Source of the DNA: an uncultured Bacteroidales bacterium
GTDB lineage: Bacteria; Bacteroidota; Bacteroidia; Bacteroidales; S143-33
Length of the DNA stretch: 64,000 nt
Reading direction: 5' to 3'
NCBI GenBank assembly: GCA_964649975.1
Contig: CAZYSM010000003.1
Coordinates: 16,292 to 80,291 of the forward strand
Below are positions 38,167 to 48,446 of the stretch, one piece after another. A model generated the notes under the pieces. That model had not been told where the DNA came from, ran no database searches, and saw nothing but the letters and a program-made list of their open reading frames with translations. Each line of letters opens with the position of its first letter. Positions within the stretch are counted from its first letter, which is position 1. The translations under genes and the position numbers were made by a program.

Positions 38167-39639
38167 TTGGCATGGGTAATTTATATGCGGGTAAGTTTTT
38201 TATACATAGGGCTTTTGTTTTTTTTTATTATACAGGCGCAAGCGCAATATACTTATCAATGGGAAAAAGCTTTTGGAAATTCCGGGATCGTGGAAGCCAA
38301 TTCATTAGCAATTTGCCCATCCGGTGAGATAATCATTGTTGGTACATTAAAAAATAACGGTTTACATACCTGGATAAAAAAAATTTCCCCTCAGGGAAAA
38401 ACTCTATGGACAAGGTTTGTAGAAAACCATCAAACCGCAGCCCCGGCACGCGTGGTAGTTTTACCAGATTCTTCCTTTGTAATTGCCGGGTATGTCCGCA
38501 ACTACGAAGACCCTACCGACTATCTGTGGCTGGCTAAATTCGACTCCATTGGCACTCTTATGTGGGAAAGAAGTTTTTATAATCTCGGATTTGCCCGTGC
38601 CCAGGATATTCGCCCTACGCCGGACAAAGGCTTTATCATTGCTGCAAATGTTTTTTCCCAGCAGGATCCTTCGGACTGGCTTATTGTAAAAACAGATTCC
38701 CTGGGATTTATACAATGGCATCACCAGAGTGGAACGCCCTACAACGACCAGGCCAATGCTATTGCCGTATTGAATGACAACTCATACGCTATTGCTGGTT
38801 TTGTCGGACTTAATAAAGGTAATCTAAAGACTATGGCAGTATCCATCTACGACTCCACTGGCTACGAAACCGGATACCGCGAATTTAAAGACCTGGGGTT
38901 TTCAGAGGCTATGGCTCTGGCAGCATCCGCCGATACTTCACTTATCATTGCCGGATATACCATTGATAGTTTTTACCGTAATGATATTGTTGTGATGAAA
39001 TTGAATTATTACGGCGATACTCTCTGGAAAAGACATATAAAACTACCTTTCCGCGAGATACCTTTCTCGGTTATACAGGCCTTTGACAAAACCTATGTCG
39101 TGGCATATAACCTTATGACAAGTGAATTTCCGTATTCCGACATAGGAATTATTCAATTAAGCCCGGATGGAAAAATTATTTATTCATCGTTAATAAAACA
39201 AGCAGGCGACGAATTTATTGCCCAACTCGTGGAAAATAAAGACAACGGCATCTCCATCCTTGCCACAAATCACACTATTGCCCAGGGATGGAAAGTTTCG
39301 TTAACAAAATGCAAAAGCAAAATTACTACTCAACTTAGATTTATTATTCCACATTCAGCTCTCACTGCTACATCACACAACAAGGCCGTCATAAAAGCCT
39401 GTATTACAAGCTATTTAAAACCTAAAAAAGTTATTATCCTTCACAACGGGCAACCTCTGGACACTATCACACGTTTTGATATTTTACAGGATAAAAGATG
39501 TCAATTTGCTTTTGAAACACAATTTAAATTGAAATTAGGCATAAATGTCATTACCTTTGTGCTTACCGATTACAAAGGCTATAAGATTATTCGCAAGCGA
39601 ACAATTATCTATATACCTTTGCCCGGAAAAATATGGTAA
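38167..39639 (+). CDS. Hypothetical secreted protein with beta-propeller-like repeats
   Basis: Signal peptide (..LLFFFIIQAQA; the start may be the ATG at 38185). Recurring strand motifs [FY].[IV]AG[YF] (FVIAGY, FIIAAN, YAIAGF, LIIAGY, YVVAYN). Confidence 0.6.
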   Translation: MAWVIYMRVSFLYIGLLFFFIIQAQAQYTYQWEKAFGNSGIVEANSLAICPSGEIIIVGTLKNNGLHTWIKKISPQGKTLWTRFVENHQTAAPARVVVLPDSSFVIAGYVRNYEDPTDYLWLAKFDSIGTLMWERSFYNLGFARAQDIRPTPDKGFIIAANVFSQQDPSDWLIVKTDSLGFIQWHHQSGTPYNDQANAIAVLNDNSYAIAGFVGLNKGNLKTMAVSIYDSTGYETGYREFKDLGFSEAMALAASADTSLIIAGYTIDSFYRNDIVVMKLNYYGDTLWKRHIKLPFREIPFSVIQAFDKTYVVAYNLMTSEFPYSDIGIIQLSPDGKIIYSSLIKQAGDEFIAQLVENKDNGISILATNHTIAQGWKVSLTKCKSKITTQLRFIIPHSALTATSHNKAVIKACITSYLKPKKVIILHNGQPLDTITRFDILQDKRCQFAFETQFKLKLGINVITFVLTDYKGYKIIRKRTIIYIPLPGKIW

Positions 39640-39652
39640 AATTCTATAAAAT

Positions 39653-42637
39653 ATGCGGAGACAAATAAAAATACTGCTGATTGCCATTCTTGTTCCTTTG
39701 TTCATGGGGCTTAGCCAGGTAAATTATTATGTTCCGGATATAGCTGTGCCTGCACGGATAAATCCGCCTTTTATGCAAGGACAGGCTTCGTGGGCACAGA
39801 GCGTTTTTGACACACTGACACTGGAAGAAAAAATTGGGCAATTATTTATTTATCAGGTATATCCGAACAATCCTGACAATATCAAGCAGGTAAAAGAATA
39901 CATAAAAAAATATCACCTGGGCGGAGTGATATTTTTCCGTTCGCGGGCAGAAAAAATTCCGCCACTTGTCAGGGACTTCCAGAACTTGTCTCCGCATATA
40001 CCTATGTTTTTTGCCATAGATGCCGAATGGGGCGTCAATATGCGTATCCCCGGCACAGTGAAATTTCCTTACCAGATGACGCTGGGAGCAGTGCAGAACA
40101 ACACGCTTATTTACGAAATGGGTCACGAGATAGCCCATCAGCTGCACCTGCTTGGATTGAATATGAATTTTGCTCCGGTGTCAGATATAAATGTCAATCC
40201 GCGCAATCCTGTTATTGGAGTGCGTTCCTTTGGTGAGGACAAAGTCAATGTCACACGCAAAGCCTTTGCCTATATGCAAGGGCTGCAGGATTCGGGCATA
40301 ATAGCTTTTGCAAAACATTTTCCGGGCCACGGAGACACGGATAAAGATTCGCACAAAACCCTTCCGCAGATCAGCCACTCGTATCAAAGAATATATAATG
40401 TTGAACTCTATCCATTCCGCAGTTTGATAAAAGGCGGCCTAACAGGCATAATGGTTGCCCACCTCTATGTGCCCGCCCTGGAAGACGCACCCAACACTCC
40501 CACTACCCTATCCCGTAATGTAATAAAAGGCTTGTTGCGGGACAGCCTGGGCTTCCGTGGATTGATTGTGACCGATGCTATGACAATGAAAGGCGTAACA
40601 AAATATTTTGCTCCGGGCGAGGCAGAAATACGGGCTTTACTGGCTGGTAATGACATCATTCTTATGCCTTCTAACCTGCCTGTTGCTTATAATGCCATCC
40701 GCAATGCTGTGCTGCGGGGAGAAATTCCTATGTCAGTAATAGACAGTGCTGTGATGCGTATCCTGCGCGCCAAGCAATGGATAAGAAACTACTCCGTCCG
40801 ATCGGCTGATGCAAAAAATATCCTGCAGAAAATAAATTCTCCGCAGGCAGAATACATTAGCCAGAAACTGTATGAACAGGCTATTACTCTGGTGAAAAAT
40901 ACTGATAATCTTATTCCTGTGCAGGATTTGGACAAAAAACGTATTGCCGTTATCTCGGTTGGTGCGCCCAGGGATAATACTTTCCAGAAATATCTTAACT
41001 ATTATGCCAGAGTTGATGAATATTACGTATCCAATAATGCAGATTACCAGCAATTTATGGATATGGCCAAGCGCCTTTCTGGATACGATATGGTTATCGT
41101 CTCGGTGCACGGAAAAAACAGTTTCTCGCCTCCTTTCTACGGAGTTAATGAGAACGCTGTATGGCTAACAGCCTACCTGGCCAACAAAACAAACGTCATA
41201 CTGGATTTATTTGCTCCGCCATATCTGCTAAATATGTTCAACAACATTGACAAAATCAAGGCCATTGTCATTTCTTATGAAAACACGAAGTATGCTCAGC
41301 AGGCTTCGGCACAGGTAATTTTCGGCGGAATTGGTGCGCAGGGCATACTCCCGGTAAGTGCTGGTGGTTTCGCGGCTGGCACAGGCATTTTTACCAAAAG
41401 GATAAGGCTAAAATATTCCTCTCCCGTGGAACTGGGTATAAATCCGGACAAACTACGCATAATTGACACTATCATACAGACTGCTATTGACAGCGGTGCT
41501 TTCCCCGGATGTCAGATCCTGGCCATAAAAGACACTGTGGTATTTTTTAACAAAGCTTACGGATATTTTACCTATCAAAAAAAACATCCTGTCACCACAA
41601 ACACACTCTACGATATAGCCTCGCTAACCAAGACCACAGCTACCACCCTGGCTTTAATGCGTTTATACGACCAGGGCAAGCTGGATTTGAATCAAACACT
41701 GTCTCATTACCTGCCCGGGACTGACACAACAAACAAAGGCAATATCAGAATTATTGACATCCTCACGCATCAGGCACGCCTAAAATCATGGATACCTTTT
41801 TATCTGCATACTTACACAAAGGATCACACAAGGCTCAACCCAAAGATTTATTCCGACCACTACACTTCAAAGTATAACACGCAAGTAGCTGACCATTTAT
41901 ACATAATAGGCAGCTATCGTGATTCCATCCTCAAACAAATTTATGCTTCCAGGCTACTCAGACGCAAACGCTATTTATACAGCGACCTGGGCTTTATACT
42001 TATGAAACAGCTAATTGAACGCCAGACAGATACCAGCCTTGATCAATATGTAAAAATCAATTTCTACGACCCGCTGGGAGCATGGCATACAGTCTTTAAC
42101 CCATTAAAATATTTCCCAAAAAATCAGATTGCGCCTACTGAAAACGATACTTATTTCCGGCACCAGATCATCCAGGGATATGTGCACGACTATGCTGCTG
42201 CCCTTATGGGCGGGGTAAGCGGACATGCAGGACTGTTCTCCAACGCCAATGACCTGGCAAAAATTTATCAGATGCTTTTGCAAAATGGATATTATGCAGG
42301 AAAAAGATATATCAAATCTACCACAGTTAAGCTATTCACTACCAGACCTTTTCCGCGCACTAACCGCCGTTATCTGGGCTTTGACGGAAAAGATGGAGAA
42401 AAAACTTATTACGTTGCACCCTCGGCACCGGATGATAGCTATGGACATACCGGATTTACCGGATGTATGGTATGGGTGGACAGACAGAATAACTTTATTT
42501 TCATTTTTCTGTCCAACAGGGTGTATCCGGACATAAAAAATTATAAAATGAATCATATGCGTATCCGTGCAAGAGTGCATCAAGCTTTTTATGAGGCTTT
42601 CCCACAGCAAAATAAAAAAGAATACATTGCCCAGTAA
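39653..42637 (+). CDS. Fusion protein: GH3 beta-N-acetylhexosaminidase (NagZ-like) N-terminus plus serine hydrolase / beta-lactamase-fold C-terminus
   Basis: GH3 motifs KHFPGHGDTDKDSH and LIVTDAMTMKG. The C-terminal half carries SxxK (ASLTKT), YSDLGF and HTGFTG motifs of the class C beta-lactamase/PBP fold. Confidence 0.88.
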   Translation: MRRQIKILLIAILVPLFMGLSQVNYYVPDIAVPARINPPFMQGQASWAQSVFDTLTLEEKIGQLFIYQVYPNNPDNIKQVKEYIKKYHLGGVIFFRSRAEKIPPLVRDFQNLSPHIPMFFAIDAEWGVNMRIPGTVKFPYQMTLGAVQNNTLIYEMGHEIAHQLHLLGLNMNFAPVSDINVNPRNPVIGVRSFGEDKVNVTRKAFAYMQGLQDSGIIAFAKHFPGHGDTDKDSHKTLPQISHSYQRIYNVELYPFRSLIKGGLTGIMVAHLYVPALEDAPNTPTTLSRNVIKGLLRDSLGFRGLIVTDAMTMKGVTKYFAPGEAEIRALLAGNDIILMPSNLPVAYNAIRNAVLRGEIPMSVIDSAVMRILRAKQWIRNYSVRSADAKNILQKINSPQAEYISQKLYEQAITLVKNTDNLIPVQDLDKKRIAVISVGAPRDNTFQKYLNYYARVDEYYVSNNADYQQFMDMAKRLSGYDMVIVSVHGKNSFSPPFYGVNENAVWLTAYLANKTNVILDLFAPPYLLNMFNNIDKIKAIVISYENTKYAQQASAQVIFGGIGAQGILPVSAGGFAAGTGIFTKRIRLKYSSPVELGINPDKLRIIDTIIQTAIDSGAFPGCQILAIKDTVVFFNKAYGYFTYQKKHPVTTNTLYDIASLTKTTATTLALMRLYDQGKLDLNQTLSHYLPGTDTTNKGNIRIIDILTHQARLKSWIPFYLHTYTKDHTRLNPKIYSDHYTSKYNTQVADHLYIIGSYRDSILKQIYASRLLRRKRYLYSDLGFILMKQLIERQTDTSLDQYVKINFYDPLGAWHTVFNPLKYFPKNQIAPTENDTYFRHQIIQGYVHDYAAALMGGVSGHAGLFSNANDLAKIYQMLLQNGYYAGKRYIKSTTVKLFTTRPFPRTNRRYLGFDGKDGEKTYYVAPSAPDDSYGHTGFTGCMVWVDRQNNFIFIFLSNRVYPDIKNYKMNHMRIRARVHQAFYEAFPQQNKKEYIAQ

Positions 42638-44007
42638 TGAAAAAAATCTTTTACATATTACTGATAATCACCGCATTAACAGGTTGCCAAAAAATTTCCT
42701 TTTATAATGGTCAGGTAAAACTGAATTTCTCCACAGATACTGTATTTTTTGATACAGTGTTCACCAATATAGGTTCTGCTACCCGCATTCTAAAAGTATA
42801 TAATCCTGTTAATCAATTTGTAAAAATAAACTCCATAAGCCTTGCAGGCGGAAAAAACAGTGCATTCCGCCTGAATATCAACGGGGAACCAACCAGCTAT
42901 GCCAGGGATGTTATTATTCCGCCTCGCGACAGCATTTACATCTTTGCCGAGGTCACCATTGCTCCTAACAAAGGCTATCTGGTGGAACAGGATTCTATCA
43001 TCTTTGCAATTAACGGAAAAACCCAGATCATTCCGCTTTATGCCATAGGCTGGGACGTGCATCTGATAAAAAACAAAATCATTTCCTCGGATACGGTATG
43101 GAATGCGGACAAACCTTATCTCATCTGGTATTACGTGGCCATTGATACTGGCGCCCAGCTGCAAATAAACCCCGGAGTGCAGGTCTTTTTACACAGGAAT
43201 GCCGGCCTATTCGTCTTTGGTTCACTCAAAGCTTACGGAAGCCTTGACAGTAATATTACTTTTTCCTCCGACCGCCTGGAACAAGATTACAACGACATTC
43301 CCGGACAATGGGGTGGTATAGTGCTGGAACGCACAAGCCAGGGCAACGAATTCCACTGGACAAGGATAAAAAACTCCATTGTAGGCATATCAGCGGACTC
43401 GGTGCAGGACACTGTCATCATACACAACTGCGAGATTATCCATCAGAGCTATGCCAGCATATTTGCTTCAATGAGCAATATAAACATCTTTGGCAGTGTG
43501 CTGGCCGATGCCGGATGGTATAACCTGGGCATTATCAAAGGCGGAGACTACAAAATTATCAATACCACAATTGCCAATTACTACGGCTGGGGCACTATCC
43601 GGAAAACTCCTGCCGTGGCAGTGACTAACTACGAGATTATCGGGAATACCCCTGTTTTCCGAAGCCCTGTGAACCTTGAAATCATCAATTCCATCATCTA
43701 CGGAAACCACGAAAATGAGCTTTTGCTATCCCCTGCTGTGGAATGGGAAAATTTCAATTACCTGATTAATAACTGCCTGATAAGAACAACAGAAGATTAT
43801 ACTTTCCATCAGTGTATAATAAACCAGGACCCGCAATTTTCCGACATTACAAAATATGACTTCCACCTGGGCAGCAAATCACCAGCCATTGGCAAAGCCG
43901 ATTACGGTATAATCAGCCTGTTTTCAAGGTTTCTCAACATTGATATTGACGGAAATTCCAGAAATAACCCTGCGGATATTGGCGCTTATGAATATGTGGA
44001 AAATTAA
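42637..44007 (+). CDS. Hypothetical lipoprotein, probable right-handed beta-helix
   Basis: Lipobox LTGC at residues 14-17. Repeated I.N[CS].I turns. C-terminal ..NPADIGAYEY is typical of beta-helix repeat proteins. Its start overlaps the upstream stop by 1 nt. Confidence 0.6.
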   Translation: MKKIFYILLIITALTGCQKISFYNGQVKLNFSTDTVFFDTVFTNIGSATRILKVYNPVNQFVKINSISLAGGKNSAFRLNINGEPTSYARDVIIPPRDSIYIFAEVTIAPNKGYLVEQDSIIFAINGKTQIIPLYAIGWDVHLIKNKIISSDTVWNADKPYLIWYYVAIDTGAQLQINPGVQVFLHRNAGLFVFGSLKAYGSLDSNITFSSDRLEQDYNDIPGQWGGIVLERTSQGNEFHWTRIKNSIVGISADSVQDTVIIHNCEIIHQSYASIFASMSNINIFGSVLADAGWYNLGIIKGGDYKIINTTIANYYGWGTIRKTPAVAVTNYEIIGNTPVFRSPVNLEIINSIIYGNHENELLLSPAVEWENFNYLINNCLIRTTEDYTFHQCIINQDPQFSDITKYDFHLGSKSPAIGKADYGIISLFSRFLNIDIDGNSRNNPADIGAYEYVEN

Positions 44008-44116
44008 TTTTCCTTATTTCAATATTTTTTGGACGAAAAAATTTAGTTTTTTGAGAAAAAAGTTATAATATTGCAGTCCGTTTAGTCATAACAAAAACAA
44101 AGTAAAACAGAAAACC

Positions 44117-44488
44117 ATGGACCAACTAATTCGCATAGTAGAAGAGAATTACAAGACAGAGCGGAAGGAAGAGTTTCCAGAATTTTCGGCTGGTGATACC
44201 ATAACTGTTTATTACCGCATCAAGGAAGGTAATAAGGAACGTATCCAGGCTTTCCGTGGGGTTGTAATTCAGCGTCGTGGCAAGGGTCTGGCCGAGACCT
44301 TTACAGTAAGAAAGATCTCCGACGGTATTGGCGTTGAGCGTATTTTCCCGGTTAATTCACCTTTCATTGAAAAGATAGAAGTTAACAAACGCGGTAAAGT
44401 CCGTCGTGCCCGTATTTTCTACTTCCGTAAGCTCTCGGGTAAAAAAGCCCGTATCAAGGAAAGACGTGATTACAACAAAAAGAAGTAA
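44117..44488 (+). CDS. rplS: 50S ribosomal protein L19
   Basis: [52 protein letters not shown] is canonical L19. Confidence 0.95.
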   Translation: MDQLIRIVEENYKTERKEEFPEFSAGDTITVYYRIKEGNKERIQAFRGVVIQRRGKGLAETFTVRKISDGIGVERIFPVNSPFIEKIEVNKRGKVRRARIFYFRKLSGKKARIKERRDYNKKK

Positions 44489-44574
44489 TTTTTTATCTGC
44501 GGGGTTGGCCGTTGTAATGTTCAATGTCAACCCCTTTGTTTTGTTAGAAAAAAGACCGAAAAAAATTTTATCTC

Positions 44575-45273
44575 ATGGCAAAAAAAGACACCAAAAAGCC
44601 CAAGAAAGATCTTGTTGACAACATTGAAGAAGATCTTACTAAATTTGAAATTTTCTTTCAGAAATATCAAAATTACATCCTCTGGGGCGTAATTATCATT
44701 GTAGCAATAGTTGCTCTTATCTGGGGCTATCAGAAATATATCAAGCAACCACGGGAAAAAGCTGCCCAGAGTGAGATGTTCGTTGCCCAGAAATATTTTG
44801 CCATTGATTCGTTCAAAGTTGCCCTGGAAGGTGTTGACCAATATCCTGGTTTTCTGGATATTATTGACCAATACAAAGGAACAAAAGCCGCTAACCTGGC
44901 ATACTATTATGCTGGTGTTTGCTATGCCAACCTGGGACAGTGGGAAAATGCTATTAACTACTTGAAAAATTTCAAGTCCGAAGATTTATATCTGAACTCC
45001 ACTAAATACGGACTGATGGGCGATGCCTACATGCAGCTGAATATGAAAGACAAGGCTGTGGATGCTTATAAAAAGTCCGTTGAAGACTATGCCAATCACC
45101 TGACCACACCTATCTATTTGAAAAAATTAGGTCTGGTTTACGAGGATATGGGACAATACAAGAAAGCCCTCAAAGTTTATCAGGAACTTTACAAGAAATA
45201 TCCTGCAAGCAACGAAGGACGCACAATTGAGAAATACATTGAACGCGTAAAATATCATCTGCAAGAAAAGTAA
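44575..45273 (+). CDS. Membrane-anchored TPR-repeat protein
   Basis: N-terminal TM helix (ILWGVIIIVAIVALIWGY) followed by TPR-like helices (AYYYAGVCYANLGQWENAINYLK..). Confidence 0.7.
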   Translation: MAKKDTKKPKKDLVDNIEEDLTKFEIFFQKYQNYILWGVIIIVAIVALIWGYQKYIKQPREKAAQSEMFVAQKYFAIDSFKVALEGVDQYPGFLDIIDQYKGTKAANLAYYYAGVCYANLGQWENAINYLKNFKSEDLYLNSTKYGLMGDAYMQLNMKDKAVDAYKKSVEDYANHLTTPIYLKKLGLVYEDMGQYKKALKVYQELYKKYPASNEGRTIEKYIERVKYHLQEK

Positions 45274-45290
45274 TACCCATTTTATCATAC

Positions 45291-45331
45291 AAAAAAACGG
45301 TCGTCTCCACAAGAGGCGGCCGTTTTTTTTT
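45291..45331 (+). terminator. Rho-independent terminator
   Basis: aaaaaaacggtcgtctc cacaa gaggcggccgtttttttttt: an 11-bp stem (with G-U pairs) plus a T10 run. Confidence 0.75.
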
Positions 45332-45413
45332 TATATATTTTTTTATATATTACCCTCAGTTTGTCTTCTTCCAGGAGGCATAAACCATAAAAATAAACAT
45401 CCTCTCACCCATT

Positions 45414-45815
45414 CTACTTGCACAGATAAGGTATGTATTTACGGTCATTGACAAGGATATGGTCTATGAGCCAGTCCTTGAGCGTCATCATTATCTCAAA
45501 GGCTATCATCTGTTTATTGCCAGCCTCCAGGTCTTGTTTGAACTTCTTTATTTTATCCACAAAATACTGATGCTCAGCTTTATGTTCCCTGGCCAGGGGA
45601 AAGTTATATTGTTCAAACATTTTTTCCTCAGTCTGAAAATGATAAACAGTATAGTCCTCCAGCTGTTTGAGAATAATCGGCACCTGACTTCCTGCATAAG
45701 CAGCTTCAAAAGCGGCAAACAGCTCATTTATAATCTGAAAGAGCTTTTTATGCTGATCATCAATCACTTTACACCCTGTATTGTATTCGTCCTTCCAGGA
45801 AACCAGTTCACCCAT
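45414..45815 (-). CDS. Bacteriohemerythrin (hemerythrin-like metal-binding protein)
   Basis: W.DEYNTGCKVIDDQHKKLF.., ..H..HF..EE..M, H..EH..F: the His/Glu di-iron ligand pattern. Confidence 0.85.
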   Translation of the reverse strand: MGELVSWKDEYNTGCKVIDDQHKKLFQIINELFAAFEAAYAGSQVPIILKQLEDYTVYHFQTEEKMFEQYNFPLAREHKAEHQYFVDKIKKFKQDLEAGNKQMIAFEIMMTLKDWLIDHILVNDRKYIPYLCK

Positions 45816-45906
45816 ATCTATAAACTTTTAAATTATCCGGTAAAGATAAAGAAATTTGCGGTTAAATGAATAATTTTTTATGTAAAAGTGCATTTATTTT
45901 ACATTA

Positions 45907-46283
45907 GGGCGTGCCCCTCACCAGAATTTTCACTCAGCCTTATAATAATTTCTCCGCTTTATAAACCATAAAAACTCTTTCCGCCTGTTTGATGCTACCT
46001 GGCTCGGGTCGGTCTGCGGCTGCGGTCTCGCTCGGTTCGTGCCGCAGTGGCGGCAGTGCGTAGGGCTCAGTCCCATCGCCTCCGCCTGCTCGCCACTGCC
46101 CAAAACGGCAATTTATACATAATTTCCACAATATACTCTGGGTGTCCCCGCCTTTATCCCATCCACGCAAGGCTCCACCAGGCACAAAACAGCTACTACT
46201 AACCTCGCACAAAATCCTAATCAGTGCCAACAATACACGGTCAGGCACGAACCATCGCTCACCCTCCGCCTCCGCCCTCACGC
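45907..46283. other. GC-rich structured intergenic island (unclassified)
   Basis: A 505-bp gap between the ligA stop and the hemerythrin start. Stems: ctgcggc/gccgcag (46014-46020 / 46041-46047), gcagtggcg/cgccactgc (46044-46052 / 46091-46099), and the 10-bp inverted repeat ggttcgtgcc/ggcacgaacc (46034-46043 / 46244-46253). Both ends carry ccctcac. Confidence 0.35.
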
Positions 46284-46320
46284 AGAAAGGAAAAAATACC
46301 AGCCACCAGACAATAGTATC

Positions 46321-48366
<2,046 letters not shown>

Positions 48367-48446
48367 TTAATTTTGGGAATTTAAATAAATTAATTTTTGC
48401 AATAATATTTTAATTTTTTTTACTTTACTTAAACTTTTTCCAAAAA

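Noticed and set aside
38130-39639. Possibility that the gene after sbcD is a divergent SbcC
   Set aside because: The product has a signal peptide, no Walker A/B motifs, no long coiled coil and is only 490 aa. It is not an SMC-like ATPase.
45940-46281. 113-aa ORF (-) within the ligA-hemerythrin spacer
   Set aside because: Its composition follows the GC-rich island (runs of G/A/R/P). It has no motifs and no signal or start context. I treat it as a non-coding structured element, although a conserved small protein cannot be formally excluded without comparative data.
45907-46283. Possible tRNA, tmRNA, SRP RNA, RNase P RNA or cobalamin/c-di-GMP riboswitch in the GC-rich islands (also 1431-1642)
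   Set aside because: I looked for T-loop GGTTCGAATCC-type sequences, a ..CCACCA tmRNA end with a matching 5' GGGG acceptor, the SRP GGAA-tetraloop helix-8 motif, the RNase P GAGGAAAGTCCGGGC box and B12-box-like sequence. None matched convincingly. The segment ggtcagacgggtgaaggcgaggcc only superficially resembles the SRP motif and lacks the required pairing.
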